Positions 8,484 to 19,339 of a stretch of 64,000 bases of DNA are shown piece after piece. How positions within the stretch are numbered: the first letter of the stretch is position 1; every line of letters begins with the position of its first letter. This DNA is from an uncultured Oscillospiraceae bacterium. Its GTDB lineage: Bacteria > Bacillota > Clostridia > Oscillospirales > Oscillospiraceae. The stretch lies in assembly GCA_934589185.1 (NCBI GenBank), contig CAKTNQ010000001.1, positions 35,433-99,432 of the forward strand. The letters run 5' to 3'. The notes beneath the pieces were generated by a model. That model was given only the letters and a program-made list of their open reading frames with translations. It did no database searches and was not told where the DNA came from. Position numbers and translations under genes: made by a program.

Positions 8484-9830
8484 ATGGGTAACGACGCCAA
8501 CGTCAGCAAACGCGACGGCTTTCGCAGCCGCGGCGGCTTCATCATCGCCTGCATCGGCTCGGCCGTCGGCATGGGCAACATCTGGCGCTTTCCGACGCTG
8601 GTGTCCAAGTGGGGCGGCATGACCTTCCTGCTGCCGTATTTTCTGTTTGTCATTCTCATCGGCTCCACCGGCGTCATCGGGGAGTTCGCGCTCGGCCGCG
8701 CAGCCGGCGCGGGGCCGGTCGACGCTTTCGGCATGTGCACCGAGGCACGCTGGGGCAAGCGCCGGCCCGGCGAACTGGTCGGCTATATCCCGGTGCTCGG
8801 CTCTCTGGCGCTGGCCATCGGCTACACCTGCGTCATGGGCTGGATCTTCAAGTATACGTTCCTGGCGTTTGACGGCGGCCTGTCTGCCATGGGGCAGGAC
8901 ATGGACGGAATCGTCGGCAGCTTCAACGCCACCGCCAGTGCGTGGGGCGCGAATGTCTGGGTCGTGGTCGCGGTCGCGGTGAGCTTTGTCATCATGTCGT
9001 TCGGCATCGCCGGCGGAATTGAAAAGGCGAATAAGATCATGATGCCGATTTTGTTTTTGCTGTTTGTGGGGCTGGGTATCTATGTGGCCACGCTGCCCGG
9101 CACGTCGGACGGCTATCGGTACATCTTCACCATCAAGCCCGAGGGCCTGCTCGATCCCTACGTCTGGATCTATGCGTTCGGTCAGGCGTTTTTCTCGCTG
9201 TCCGTTGCGGGCAACGGCAGCGTCATCTACGGCTCTTACCTCAGCAGGAGCGAGTGCATCCCGAGCTCGGCACGCAATGTGGCGCTCTTTGATACGATCG
9301 CGGCGCTGCTGGCGGCGTTCGTCATCATTCCCGCCATGGCGGCGGGCGGCGCGCAGCTCGACGCCGGCGGCCCCGGCCTGATGTTCATCTACCTCGTCCA
9401 TGTCATGAACGGTATGGCGGGCGGCCGCATCGTGGCGATGGTGTTTTTCGTCTGCGTGGCCTTCGCGGGCGTCACGTCGATCATCAACCTCTATGAGGCT
9501 CCGGTCGCGTCTCTGCAGGAGCGGTTCGGCCTCAAGCGCGTGCCGGCCACGGCGGTGATCCATGTGATCGGGCTTGCCGTTGCGCTGTGCATTCAGGCCA
9601 TCGTGTCGCAGTGGATGGACGTCGTGTCCATTTATATCTGCCCGCTGGGCGCACTGCTCGCAGCGGTCATGTTCTTCTGGATCGGCGGCAAGAAGCTCGT
9701 GCTCGAGAGCGTTAACCTCGGCGCGCGCAAGCCCATCGGCGGCTGGTACTATCCGCTGTGCAAGTATGTCTACTGCGCGAGCGTGCTCGTGGCGCTTGTC
9801 GCCGGCGCGGCACTCGGCGGCATCGGCTGA
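8484..9830 (+). CDS. neurotransmitter:sodium symporter (NSS/SNF) family transporter
   Basis: ORF 8454-9830, start moved to ATG 8484. NSS signature GFIIACIGSAVGMGNIWRFP. About 12 hydrophobic segments. Confidence 0.85.
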   Translation: MGNDANVSKRDGFRSRGGFIIACIGSAVGMGNIWRFPTLVSKWGGMTFLLPYFLFVILIGSTGVIGEFALGRAAGAGPVDAFGMCTEARWGKRRPGELVGYIPVLGSLALAIGYTCVMGWIFKYTFLAFDGGLSAMGQDMDGIVGSFNATASAWGANVWVVVAVAVSFVIMSFGIAGGIEKANKIMMPILFLLFVGLGIYVATLPGTSDGYRYIFTIKPEGLLDPYVWIYAFGQAFFSLSVAGNGSVIYGSYLSRSECIPSSARNVALFDTIAALLAAFVIIPAMAAGGAQLDAGGPGLMFIYLVHVMNGMAGGRIVAMVFFVCVAFAGVTSIINLYEAPVASLQERFGLKRVPATAVIHVIGLAVALCIQAIVSQWMDVVSIYICPLGALLAAVMFFWIGGKKLVLESVNLGARKPIGGWYYPLCKYVYCASVLVALVAGAALGGIG

Positions 9831-9845
9831 AGCGGTTATCGGATA

Positions 9846-9882
9846 AAAAGCGGCCCTTCGCATGTGCGAAGGGCCGCTTTTG
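9846..9882. terminator. bidirectional rho-independent terminator
   Basis: aaaaagcggcccttcgca / tgcgaagggccgctttt is a 14-bp stem flanked by A-run and T-run, between convergent genes. Confidence 0.75.
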
Positions 9883-9884
9883 CA

Positions 9885-11423
9885 TTATTTCTTATTTATG
9901 TTTTCGCAAAACGCTGTCAGGATGGCGGCGGTCTGCTCGCGCGTGGCGCTGCCCTGCGGGCTCAGCCGGGCAGTGCCGCTGCCGTCGTCCGTACCGGAGA
10001 TCAGCCCGAGCGCGACCGCATCCGCCAGCGCGTCCCGCGCCCAGCCGGATACGCTGCCGCTGTCCGGGAAGCGGCTCAGGTCCGCGGGCGTCCACGTGCG
10101 CGCCAGCTTCAGGACCCGGCTTGCATATTCCATGAGCAGAACGGCGAGCTGTTCACGCGTTACCGGCGCGTCGGGCGCGAAGGTCGTCTCGCTCGTCCCG
10201 ACCACGACGCCGGTCTGATAGGCCCAGAGAACTGCGTCCTTGTACCAGTCCTGTGTCAGATCCGTAAACGGCATGGTGCCGGTGGCCTTCGGCTCGCCCG
10301 CAAGATTATAGAGGATCTGCACGACCTGCGCGCGTGTGGTCGTGGCCTTCGGGGCAAAGCGGCCGCCACCGACGCCGGACATCAGCCCGCCGCGCACGCA
10401 GAAGTCAATGCCCGGATGCGCCCAGTTGTCGGGCGCCGGGACGTCCGTCAGGCCTTTGCTGGAGCAGGGTGGTGCGGGGATGGTCTCCGTTCTGGCTGCG
10501 CCGCAGCGCGTGCACGTATAGCGCAGCACACCGTCGCCCGCACAGCTCGCCTGTTTGACCACTGTTCCGCCGTCCCAGGTGTGCTCACCGCCGAGCGGGC
10601 GCAGGGGCTGGGTCACGGATGCGCCGCAGCCGCTGCACGTGTAGACGTTCCGGCCAAAGTCCGTGCACGTCAGCGCGATGTGCTCCGTGATCTGATAATC
10701 ATGCGTGTGGTCCGCGCGCAGCGACGCGCCATACCGTAGGTCAATGTCTACGTTCGCCTGGATGCCGGGGATGCGACCGGTGTTGCAGGTCTGCCATGTG
10801 CTGTAGCTGCCGCCGTAGCCGGTCTCGGCTGCCCAGACGGCGAGCCAGCGGTCCCACCGGTCATAGGTGGGGTCATCCAGCGTGGTCGTCCACCAGTAGC
10901 GGTTGGCGTAAACGCCGACCGAATAGCCCGCGGCCTGCAGCGTCTCGCAGAAGATGGTCACGTGGCGCAGGACCTCGGCCTTCGTGCAGTTGTCGCGGAT
11001 GCCGCTGTCCTCCAGGTCAATGTACACCGGCAGCTGCGGGTGTTTGCCGTCGAGCAGACGCAGAGCGTGCGCGGCCTCGCTGCGTGCGTCTGCGTCGGTC
11101 CGTGCGAGGGAGTACAGATACACGCCGTACGGGATGCCGAGCCGCTCGCATGCAGCGGTGTTGACAGCCCACTTCGTGTCGTCCTGCGCGGTCAGGTCGC
11201 TGCCGCGGCCGCAGCGGATGATGGCGAAGTCAATATACTGCGCCGTCGTATCCCAATCGATCGCACCTTGAAACTGGCTGACGTCGATGCCGGCGCCCGT
11301 GATCTGCTCTCCGGCGGAGAGCACAGCGGGGGACGCCGCGTCCTCCGCCGGGAGCTGCACGGCGGCGGCGCTGCCGGTCAGCAGGGCGCATAGAAGTAAG
11401 ATGGAAAGCAGTCTTTTTCGCAT
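9885..11423 (-). CDS. secreted GH25 muramidase (lysozyme) with two 4-Cys modules and C-terminal SLH domains
   Basis: ORF 9885-11516, start moved to ATG 11423 (GGAGGA SD). Signal peptide MRKRLLSILLLCALLTGSAAA. GH25 block GIDVSQFQGAIDWDTTAQYIDFAIIRCG. Cys-rich YTCSGCG / YTCTRCG modules. SLH repeats (FTDV..W..., RFAP..TTTRAQVVQILYNLAG). Confidence 0.85.
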   Translation of the reverse strand: MRKRLLSILLLCALLTGSAAAVQLPAEDAASPAVLSAGEQITGAGIDVSQFQGAIDWDTTAQYIDFAIIRCGRGSDLTAQDDTKWAVNTAACERLGIPYGVYLYSLARTDADARSEAAHALRLLDGKHPQLPVYIDLEDSGIRDNCTKAEVLRHVTIFCETLQAAGYSVGVYANRYWWTTTLDDPTYDRWDRWLAVWAAETGYGGSYSTWQTCNTGRIPGIQANVDIDLRYGASLRADHTHDYQITEHIALTCTDFGRNVYTCSGCGASVTQPLRPLGGEHTWDGGTVVKQASCAGDGVLRYTCTRCGAARTETIPAPPCSSKGLTDVPAPDNWAHPGIDFCVRGGLMSGVGGGRFAPKATTTRAQVVQILYNLAGEPKATGTMPFTDLTQDWYKDAVLWAYQTGVVVGTSETTFAPDAPVTREQLAVLLMEYASRVLKLARTWTPADLSRFPDSGSVSGWARDALADAVALGLISGTDDGSGTARLSPQGSATREQTAAILTAFCENINKK

Positions 11424-11512
11424 AATATTCCTCCGATCTGATGGACGTTTGTGGTTCGCCTTCCATTGTAAGACCAAACGCCGGAAAAGGCAACCGCAGA
11501 TGCAGGAAAGAA

Positions 11513-11544
11513 ACACGGCGCTCTGCTGCAGCAGAGCGCCGTGT
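11513..11544 (-). terminator. purA terminator (32-nt perfect palindrome)
   Basis: ACACGGCGCTCTGCTG/CAGCAGAGCGCCGTGT, followed on the minus strand by UUCUUUCC. Confidence 0.7.
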
Positions 11545-11556
11545 TCGATGTGATTT

Positions 11557-12831
11557 TTAGAACATTTTGATGTACGCGTCGCGGTCGGGGCCGACGGAGA
11601 CGTACTTGATGCGGCAGCCGACGGCGGCTTCCAGATAGTGCACGTAGTCGAGCGCTTCCTTCGGCAGATCGCTCACCTTGCGGCAGCCGGAGATGTCGCA
11701 GTGGAAGCCGGGCAGATACTCGTAAACGGGCTTGGCCTTGGCCAGCTTCACGCCGATGGGGAAGCGGTCCACGCGCTCGCCGTCGATGTCGTAGGCGACG
11801 CACACGGGGATCTTGTCCAGGTAGGATAGCACGTCGAGCTTCGTCAGCGCAATGCTCGTGCAGCCCTGCATCTTCACGCCGTAGCGGGAGGCGACCACGT
11901 CGAACCCGCCCACGCGGCGCGGGCGGCCGGTCGCGGCGCCGTATTCGCCGCCGGCGTCACGCAGCGCGGCAGCCTCGTCGCCGAACATCTCACAGGTGAA
12001 CGGGCCCTCGCCCACGCAGGTGGAGTAGGCCTTCATGATGCCGATGATCGTGTCGAGCCGCGCCTCCGGGATGCCCGCGCCGATGGGCGCGTAGGCCGCG
12101 ATGGTCGAAGAGCCGGAGGTGTACGGATAGATGCCGTAGTCAATGTCGCGCAGCGCGCCGAGCTGGGCCTCGAAGAGCACGGACTTGTTGTCCTCGATGG
12201 CATCAGAGAGGTAATCCGTCGTGTCGCAGACATAGTCCTTGAACGGCATGGCGTAGGTATCGATCCAGTCCATCATCTCGTCGAGATCGATGGGATCGTG
12301 GTGATAGCCGTTGACGACGAAGAGATTCTTCCACTCAAGAATATCGGTCAGGCGGGCCTTAAGCGCGTCGCGGTCGGCCAGCTCGCCCATGCGCAGCGCT
12401 TTTTTCATGTACTTGTCCGAGTAGGCGGGGGAGATGCCGCGGCGGGTGGAGCCAAACTTCTTGTCCGCCAGACGGTCTTCCTCCAGGCAGTCGAGCAGCT
12501 TGTGGTACGGCATGCAGATGACGGCCTTGTCGCTGATCTTCAGGTTCTTCGGGGAGATGGTGATGCCGCCTTCGCGCAGGCGCGCGACCTCGTGGAACAT
12601 GTGCTCCGTGTCAATGACCATGCCGGGGCCGAGCACGTTCACGGTCTCGTCGCGCAGAATGCCGGACGGCATGAGATTGAGCACGAACTTGCCCTTGTCG
12701 TTGATGACGGTGTGGCCGGCGTTGTTGCCGCCCTGATAGCGCACGACGACGTCGTACTTCTGGCTGAGCAGGTCGACCATGCGGCCTTTGCCCTCGTCGC
12801 CCCAGTTGATGCCTACGATGGATGTCAACAT
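11557..12831 (-). CDS. purA: adenylosuccinate synthase
   Basis: 424 aa. N-terminal GINWGDEGKGRMVD P-loop-like motif and full-length PurA similarity. Confidence 0.95.
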   Translation of the reverse strand: MLTSIVGINWGDEGKGRMVDLLSQKYDVVVRYQGGNNAGHTVINDKGKFVLNLMPSGILRDETVNVLGPGMVIDTEHMFHEVARLREGGITISPKNLKISDKAVICMPYHKLLDCLEEDRLADKKFGSTRRGISPAYSDKYMKKALRMGELADRDALKARLTDILEWKNLFVVNGYHHDPIDLDEMMDWIDTYAMPFKDYVCDTTDYLSDAIEDNKSVLFEAQLGALRDIDYGIYPYTSGSSTIAAYAPIGAGIPEARLDTIIGIMKAYSTCVGEGPFTCEMFGDEAAALRDAGGEYGAATGRPRRVGGFDVVASRYGVKMQGCTSIALTKLDVLSYLDKIPVCVAYDIDGERVDRFPIGVKLAKAKPVYEYLPGFHCDISGCRKVSDLPKEALDYVHYLEAAVGCRIKYVSVGPDRDAYIKMF

Positions 12832-12852
12832 TTTAGAAACCTCCTGTTTCTT

Positions 12853-14286
12853 TTACACGTTTACGGATGCGTCGCACCCGAGCAGTGTGGTATATTTGTT
12901 CAGGACCGGCGCGACCTGCTCGCGCAGGAACGTCTCGGTCTGGTGCACGGCCATGCCGGTGAAGGCATGGGGGTCAACAAGTTTTTGAAGCTCGGCGCGC
13001 GTGAGCCCGAAAACGGGATCGTTGAGGATGCGCTCGAGCAGGTCGTTGCTGCCGCCGCCCAGCTTGACGGCTTTGCCGGCGGCGACGCTGTGCTGCCGGA
13101 TGGCCTCGTGCAGGGTCTGCCGGTCGCCGCCCTTTTCCTTGACGCAGTACATGAGGATGTTCTCCGTCGCCAGAAACGGCAGCTCGTCCGCCAGATGCTT
13201 TTCGGCCATTTTGGGATACACGGTCAGCCCGCGGATGACGTTGAGGTACAGCGTCAGGATGCCGTCGGTGGCAAGAAACGCCTCCGGGATGCTGATGCGG
13301 CGGTTGGCCGAGTCGTCGAGCGTGCGCTCGAGCCACTGGGCGCTGGCCGTGACGGCGGCGTTCTGCAGGTCGCAGATCACGTAGCGCGACAGGGAAGCAA
13401 TGCGCTCGCTGCGCATGGGGTTGCGCTTGTAGGCCATGGCCGAGGAGCCGATCTGGCCGCTCTCAAACGGCTCGTCCACCTCCTTGAGGTGGGACAGCAG
13501 GCGGATGTCGCTGGAAAACTTCGACGCGCTCTGCGCGATGCCGGACAGCACCTGCAGCACCTGAAAGTCCACCTTGCGCGAATAGGTCTGGCCGCTGACG
13601 GGATACGCGCCGGGAAAGCCCATCTTCTCGCAGATCTTCTGTTCGAGCGCGACGACTTTCTGCTCGTCGCCGTCAAACAGGGCGAGAAAGCTCGCGCCCG
13701 TGCCGGTCGTGCCCTTGCAGCCGAGGAGCTTGAGATTGCCGAGCTGAAACTCCAGCTGCTCGAGATCCATCAGCAGATCCTGCGCCCAAAGCGTGGCACG
13801 CTTGCCGACGGTCGTCGGCTGCGCGGCCTGAAAGTGCGTGTAGGCGAGCGTCGGCTCCGCCTTGTGCGCCTCGGCGAAGTCCGCGAGCGCCTGAATGACG
13901 TTCACCAGCAGGCTGCGGATCTGCTCGAGCGCCTCACGCATGAGGATGATGTCCGTATTGTCGCCGACGTAGCAGGACGTGGCGCCGAGGTGCAGAATGG
14001 GTTTTGCCTCCGGGCAGCACGCGCCGTAGGTCAGCACGTGGGCCATGACGTCGTGCCGCACCTCGTGCTCGCGCGCCGCGGCGTAGTCATAGTCGATGTC
14101 CGTGATGTGCGCGCGCAGCTCCTGAATCTGCTCGTCCGTGATCGGCAGGCCAAGCTCCTGTTCGCTCTCGGCCAGCGCGACCCAGAGCCTGCGCCAGGTG
14201 GAAAACTTGTTGTCGTCGGAGTAAATGTGCTGCATCGTGCGCCCGGCGTAACGGGTGCACAGGGGATTGACGTAGCGGTCGTGCAT
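12853..14286 (-). CDS. purB: adenylosuccinate lyase
   Basis: 477 aa. Fumarase/ASL superfamily signature GSSAMAYKRNPMRSE. 21-nt gap with SD to purA. Confidence 0.95.
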   Translation of the reverse strand: MHDRYVNPLCTRYAGRTMQHIYSDDNKFSTWRRLWVALAESEQELGLPITDEQIQELRAHITDIDYDYAAAREHEVRHDVMAHVLTYGACCPEAKPILHLGATSCYVGDNTDIILMREALEQIRSLLVNVIQALADFAEAHKAEPTLAYTHFQAAQPTTVGKRATLWAQDLLMDLEQLEFQLGNLKLLGCKGTTGTGASFLALFDGDEQKVVALEQKICEKMGFPGAYPVSGQTYSRKVDFQVLQVLSGIAQSASKFSSDIRLLSHLKEVDEPFESGQIGSSAMAYKRNPMRSERIASLSRYVICDLQNAAVTASAQWLERTLDDSANRRISIPEAFLATDGILTLYLNVIRGLTVYPKMAEKHLADELPFLATENILMYCVKEKGGDRQTLHEAIRQHSVAAGKAVKLGGGSNDLLERILNDPVFGLTRAELQKLVDPHAFTGMAVHQTETFLREQVAPVLNKYTTLLGCDASVNV

Positions 14287-14288
14287 AC

Positions 14289-15896
<1,608 letters not shown>

Positions 15897-15908
15897 GATC
15901 CACACTCC

Positions 15909-16496
15909 TCAATCTTCATAGGTACGAATGATATTTTCCGCAATGGTCCGCCGGCGCATACTGGTGTCCATTGCCTGTTTCTCAATGTATTTGTGCGCCT
16001 CCGTTTCCGTCATCTGCAGATGCTGCACGAGCAGGAGCTTCGCGCGGTTGATGATGCGGATGTCGGCAACCTTTGCCTCGAGCTTTTCCGTCTTGTGCTG
16101 CATCTGCTCGAGCTGGATGCGCACGGCGGTCAGCAGCCGGATGGTCTGCACAATGAGCGACTCCGGCGCGTCAATCGGCAGCACCAGCACGCCGGACTGT
16201 TCGAGCAGGGCGGCGGCCGCATCCGCATGTTCCGGTGCGGCCAGCAGAAGTACGGCCATGCAGTGCCGCTTTTTGAGCTGCAGCGCCAGCTCCTGGCCGG
16301 AGCTGCCGGCGATGGGCTCGGCGATGAGCACACCGTCGATGCCGCCTGCGTCAAACTGTTCGAGCGCCTGACGCGCACCGGCGGCGTGATTGAACGGGAC
16401 GATGCGCGCCCGCGTGAGCAGGGCGCTGATGCGCTGGGTCTGCGCCTCGGAGCCGGAGACCAGCATGGCGTGCACGGTGTGCAGCGATGTGTTCAT
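15909..16496 (-). CDS. ANTAR-domain RNA-binding antiterminator with pseudo-receiver N-domain
   Basis: ORF 15909-16535, start moved to ATG 16496 (GAGGTG SD). The C-terminus RAKLLLVQHLQMTETEAHKYIEKQAMDTSMRRRTIAENII is a typical ANTAR. The N-domain lacks the acidic DD pair of true receivers (MLVSGSEAQ). The stop lies 12 nt from the pyrG start. Confidence 0.8.
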   Translation of the reverse strand: MNTSLHTVHAMLVSGSEAQTQRISALLTRARIVPFNHAAGARQALEQFDAGGIDGVLIAEPIAGSSGQELALQLKKRHCMAVLLLAAPEHADAAAALLEQSGVLVLPIDAPESLIVQTIRLLTAVRIQLEQMQHKTEKLEAKVADIRIINRAKLLLVQHLQMTETEAHKYIEKQAMDTSMRRRTIAENIIRTYED

Positions 16497-16526
16497 GGCA
16501 GTCACCTCGAATCGGGAATCTGAGCG

Positions 16527-16598
16527 GAAAAACAAAAAAGACGCTTCCGATGCCGATAAGGGGCACTTTCCCCCAGGTCATCGTGAAACGTCAGCGTT
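16527..16598 (-). terminator. candidate leader terminator/attenuator upstream of the ANTAR-pyrG-purBA unit
   Basis: Minus-strand RNA ...ACGCU..CGAUG..GGGG AAAGUG CCCC..CAUCG..AGCGU CUUUUUUGUUUUU is a composite stem ending in a U-run ~30 nt before the SD. Confidence 0.4.
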
Positions 16599-16678
16599 CT
16601 CGAAAAGTTACCATATGAACTTATGCTTGCGGCCGCAAAAAACAGCACGCAGAATTTTGCCAATCAAAATCCATGTAT

Positions 16679-16708
16679 ATAATACACCACGGAATTTGCA
16701 CGTGTCAA
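16679..16708 (-). promoter_or_regulatory. promoter for the ANTAR-pyrG unit
   Basis: Minus strand TTGACA (16703-16708), 18-nt spacer, TATTAT (16679-16684). Confidence 0.4.
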
Positions 16709-16777
16709 GGATAAAAAAACGGGCAATTTCACCGAAAATTCTGTGAAATCCGCCGAAAGAAATTGCGCCCGACCCGC

Positions 16778-16806
16778 TTGACATTTTTCCGCAAGAGGCG
16801 TATATT
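16778..16806 (+). promoter_or_regulatory. promoter for glutamine synthetase
   Basis: TTGACA (16778-16783), 17-nt spacer, TATATT (16801-16806). Confidence 0.5.
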
Positions 16807-16819
16807 TTGCTACATTGAA

Positions 16820-16874
16820 ACGGCAATGGCGTCGTGGAGAGCTCAAGATCTCCGGGCACCAGTGCCGTTTTTTT
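16820..16874 (+). terminator. intrinsic terminator inside the glnN 5' leader (attenuator)
   Basis: ACGGCAaTGG...CCAgTGCCGT outer stem encloses a GGAGA/TCTCC inner stem and is followed by TTTTTTT (16868-16874). It sits ~10 nt after the predicted TSS and 45 nt before ATG 16920. Confidence 0.65.
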
Positions 16875-16919
16875 GTTGTTGACACCGATTTTTGAAATAC
16901 AGAAAGGGGACCATGCGAG

Positions 16920-19013
16920 ATGGAAAAGATCTCTGACATTTTTGGATCCATGGTATTTAACGATGCAGTCATGCGCGAGCGTCTGCCGAAGGAAACGTAC
17001 CGGCAGGTGCAGGCGACGATGGAAAAGGGCAAGCGTCTCGATGACGATGCCGCGCGCATCGTGGCCAATGCCATGAAAGACTGGGCAATCGAAAAGGGCG
17101 CCACGCACTTCACGCACTGGTTCCAGCCGATGACCGGCATCACCGCCGAGAAACACGACAGCTTCATCTCTCCCTGCGGTGGCGGTCAGGTCATTATGGA
17201 GTTCTCCGGCAAGGAGCTCGTCCGCGGCGAGCCGGATGCGTCCAGTTTCCCGTCCGGCGGCCTGCGCGCAACGTTTGAGGCGCGCGGCTACACCGCCTGG
17301 GACCCGACGTCCTATGCATTCATTAAAGATAATGTGCTGTGCATCCCGACGGCGTTCTGCTCTTACGGCGGCGAGGCGCTCGATAAAAAGACGCCGCTGC
17401 TGCGCAGCGCCGAGGCGCTCAACCGTCAGGCCCTGCGTGTGATCCATCTGTTCGGCAATGAGGACGTGACCGCCGTGCGCACGACCGTCGGCCCTGAGCA
17501 GGAGTATTTCCTGATCGACAAGTCCGTGTATGACAAGCGCAAGGACCTGATCTATACCGGCCGCACGCTCTTCGGTGCCAAGCCGCCGAAAGGCCAGGAG
17601 CTGGACGATCACTATTTCGGCAGCATCAAGCCGCGCGTTGCGGCGTTCATGAAGGATCTGGACGAGGAGCTCTGGAAGCTCGGCGTTTACGCCAAGACCG
17701 AGCACAACGAAGTGGCGCCCGCGCAGCACGAGCTCGCGCCGGTGTTCACGACCGGCAACATCGCCGCCGACCAGAACCAGCTGACGATGGAGATCATGCA
17801 GAAGGTGGCATCGCGCCACGGCATGGTCTGCCTGCTGCATGAAAAGCCGTTTGCCGGCGTCAACGGTTCCGGCAAGCACAACAACTGGTCCCTGACCACC
17901 AACACCGGCATGAACCTGCTCGAGCCCGGCGAGACGCCGGCCGAGAACGCACAGTTTCTGCTCTTCCTGTGCGCGGTGATCCAGGCGGTGGATGATTATC
18001 AGGATATGCTGCGCATCAGCGTGGCGTCGGCCGCGAACGACCACCGTCTCGGCGCGAACGAGGCGCCCCCGGCTGTCGTGTCGATGTACGTCGGCGATGA
18101 GATCGAGAACATTCTCGATGCCATCGTCAACGAGAAGGCCTATGCCGGCCAGGAAAAGGAGCTGCTGAAGATCGGCGTGCATGCGCTGCCGCGTTTCCCC
18201 AAGGATACGACCGACCGCAACCGCACCTCTCCGTTTGCGTTCACCGGCAACAAGTTCGAGTTCCGCATGCCCGGCTCTTCGGCCTCCATTTCCGGCATCA
18301 ACGTTGTGCTCAACACGGCGGTCGCCGAGAGCCTTGCGCAGTTCGCCGATGACCTCGAGGGCAGTAAGGACTTTGAGGCCGACCTGCAGGCGCTCATCCG
18401 CAGCGTGCTCATCAAGCACAAGCGTATCATCTTCAACGGCAACGGCTATGACGATGCCTGGCTGGCGGAGGCGGAACGCCGCGGCCTGCTGAACCTGCGC
18501 ACGACGCCGGAGGCACTGCCGTATTACCTTGCCGACAAGAACGTGGCGCTGTTCACCAAGCACCGTGTCTACACCCGCACCGAGATGGAGGCCCGCTACG
18601 AGATCCACCTCGAAAACTACAGCAAGATCCTCAACATCGAGGCGCTGACGATGCTCGAGATGGCGCGGCGCGACATCATGCCCGCCGTCAGCAGCTATCT
18701 GCGCGAGCTGTCCGAGACCGCCACGGCGATCCACGCCGTGTCCGTCACGGCCGACTGCTCGTATGAGGAGAGCATCATCCCCGAAATGTCCACGCTGCTG
18801 GGCGATGCCTACCGCAAGGTCCGCAGTCTGGATGAGGCGCTCATGGGCGCCAAGACCGTCGAGGGCAGCCAGGCGCTGGCCAACTACTACCGCGACAAGG
18901 TCTTTTCCGCCATGGCGGAGCTGCGCATCACGATCGACCAGCTCGAGACCATGACGCCGTCCGATAAGTGGCCGGTCCCGTCCTACGGTGATCTGCTGTT
19001 CAGCGTGCGGTAA
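16920..19013 (+). CDS. glnN: glutamine synthetase type III
   Basis: 697 aa, the size typical of GSIII. N-terminus [27 protein letters not shown]. Catalytic-domain blocks ([23 protein letters not shown]). Confidence 0.9.
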   Translation: MEKISDIFGSMVFNDAVMRERLPKETYRQVQATMEKGKRLDDDAARIVANAMKDWAIEKGATHFTHWFQPMTGITAEKHDSFISPCGGGQVIMEFSGKELVRGEPDASSFPSGGLRATFEARGYTAWDPTSYAFIKDNVLCIPTAFCSYGGEALDKKTPLLRSAEALNRQALRVIHLFGNEDVTAVRTTVGPEQEYFLIDKSVYDKRKDLIYTGRTLFGAKPPKGQELDDHYFGSIKPRVAAFMKDLDEELWKLGVYAKTEHNEVAPAQHELAPVFTTGNIAADQNQLTMEIMQKVASRHGMVCLLHEKPFAGVNGSGKHNNWSLTTNTGMNLLEPGETPAENAQFLLFLCAVIQAVDDYQDMLRISVASAANDHRLGANEAPPAVVSMYVGDEIENILDAIVNEKAYAGQEKELLKIGVHALPRFPKDTTDRNRTSPFAFTGNKFEFRMPGSSASISGINVVLNTAVAESLAQFADDLEGSKDFEADLQALIRSVLIKHKRIIFNGNGYDDAWLAEAERRGLLNLRTTPEALPYYLADKNVALFTKHRVYTRTEMEARYEIHLENYSKILNIEALTMLEMARRDIMPAVSSYLRELSETATAIHAVSVTADCSYEESIIPEMSTLLGDAYRKVRSLDEALMGAKTVEGSQALANYYRDKVFSAMAELRITIDQLETMTPSDKWPVPSYGDLLFSVR

Positions 19014-19094
19014 AAAACGCTTTCTCTTTCTTTTTCTCTCTTCTTTCATTTTCATACTTCTGTCAAAAGCATTGACGGAGAAAAGTAGCACGGG

Positions 19095-19316
19095 CGATCA
19101 TTCCCAGCGAGTGCGGGACGGTGCGAGCCGCATAACAGAGCCTGTGTGAAGAACACTCCCGAGCTGCAATCTGAACGGGCGAGAGCCTCAGTAGGTGCGC
19201 CGTCAAAGCCGGACGTTATCCCGGTGCGGTTTGTTAGAACCCGTGAGAAGTAAAATAGGTGGCACCACGATACGCAGCTACTCGTCCTATTGTTGGATGG
19301 TAGCTGCGTATTTTTT
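19095..19316 (+). promoter_or_regulatory. T-box riboswitch leader (probable Asn specifier) upstream of asnB
   Basis: Conserved T-box AATAGGTGGCACCACG (19254-19270). Terminator tacgcagctac/gtagctgcgta (19271-19310) plus T-run 19311-19316. Candidate specifier GAAG-AAC-A with AAC at 19152-19154; a second AAC lies at 19238-19240. Confidence 0.8.
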
Positions 19317-19339
19317 GACGTATTCAGGAGGAAAAAATC

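Noticed and set aside
16810-16919. Glutamine riboswitch (glnA RNA motif) or T-box in the glnN leader.
   Set aside because: No T-box GGTGGTACC-type sequence and no recognisable glnA-motif core. Only a terminator hairpin is evident.
19020-19056. ~37-nt polypyrimidine (CT) tract ctttctctttctttttctctcttctttcattttcat just after the glnN stop.
   Set aside because: It is compositionally striking in this genome but has no symmetry, repeat unit or coding potential. It is probably just an AT/CT-rich spacer preceding the asnB promoter.
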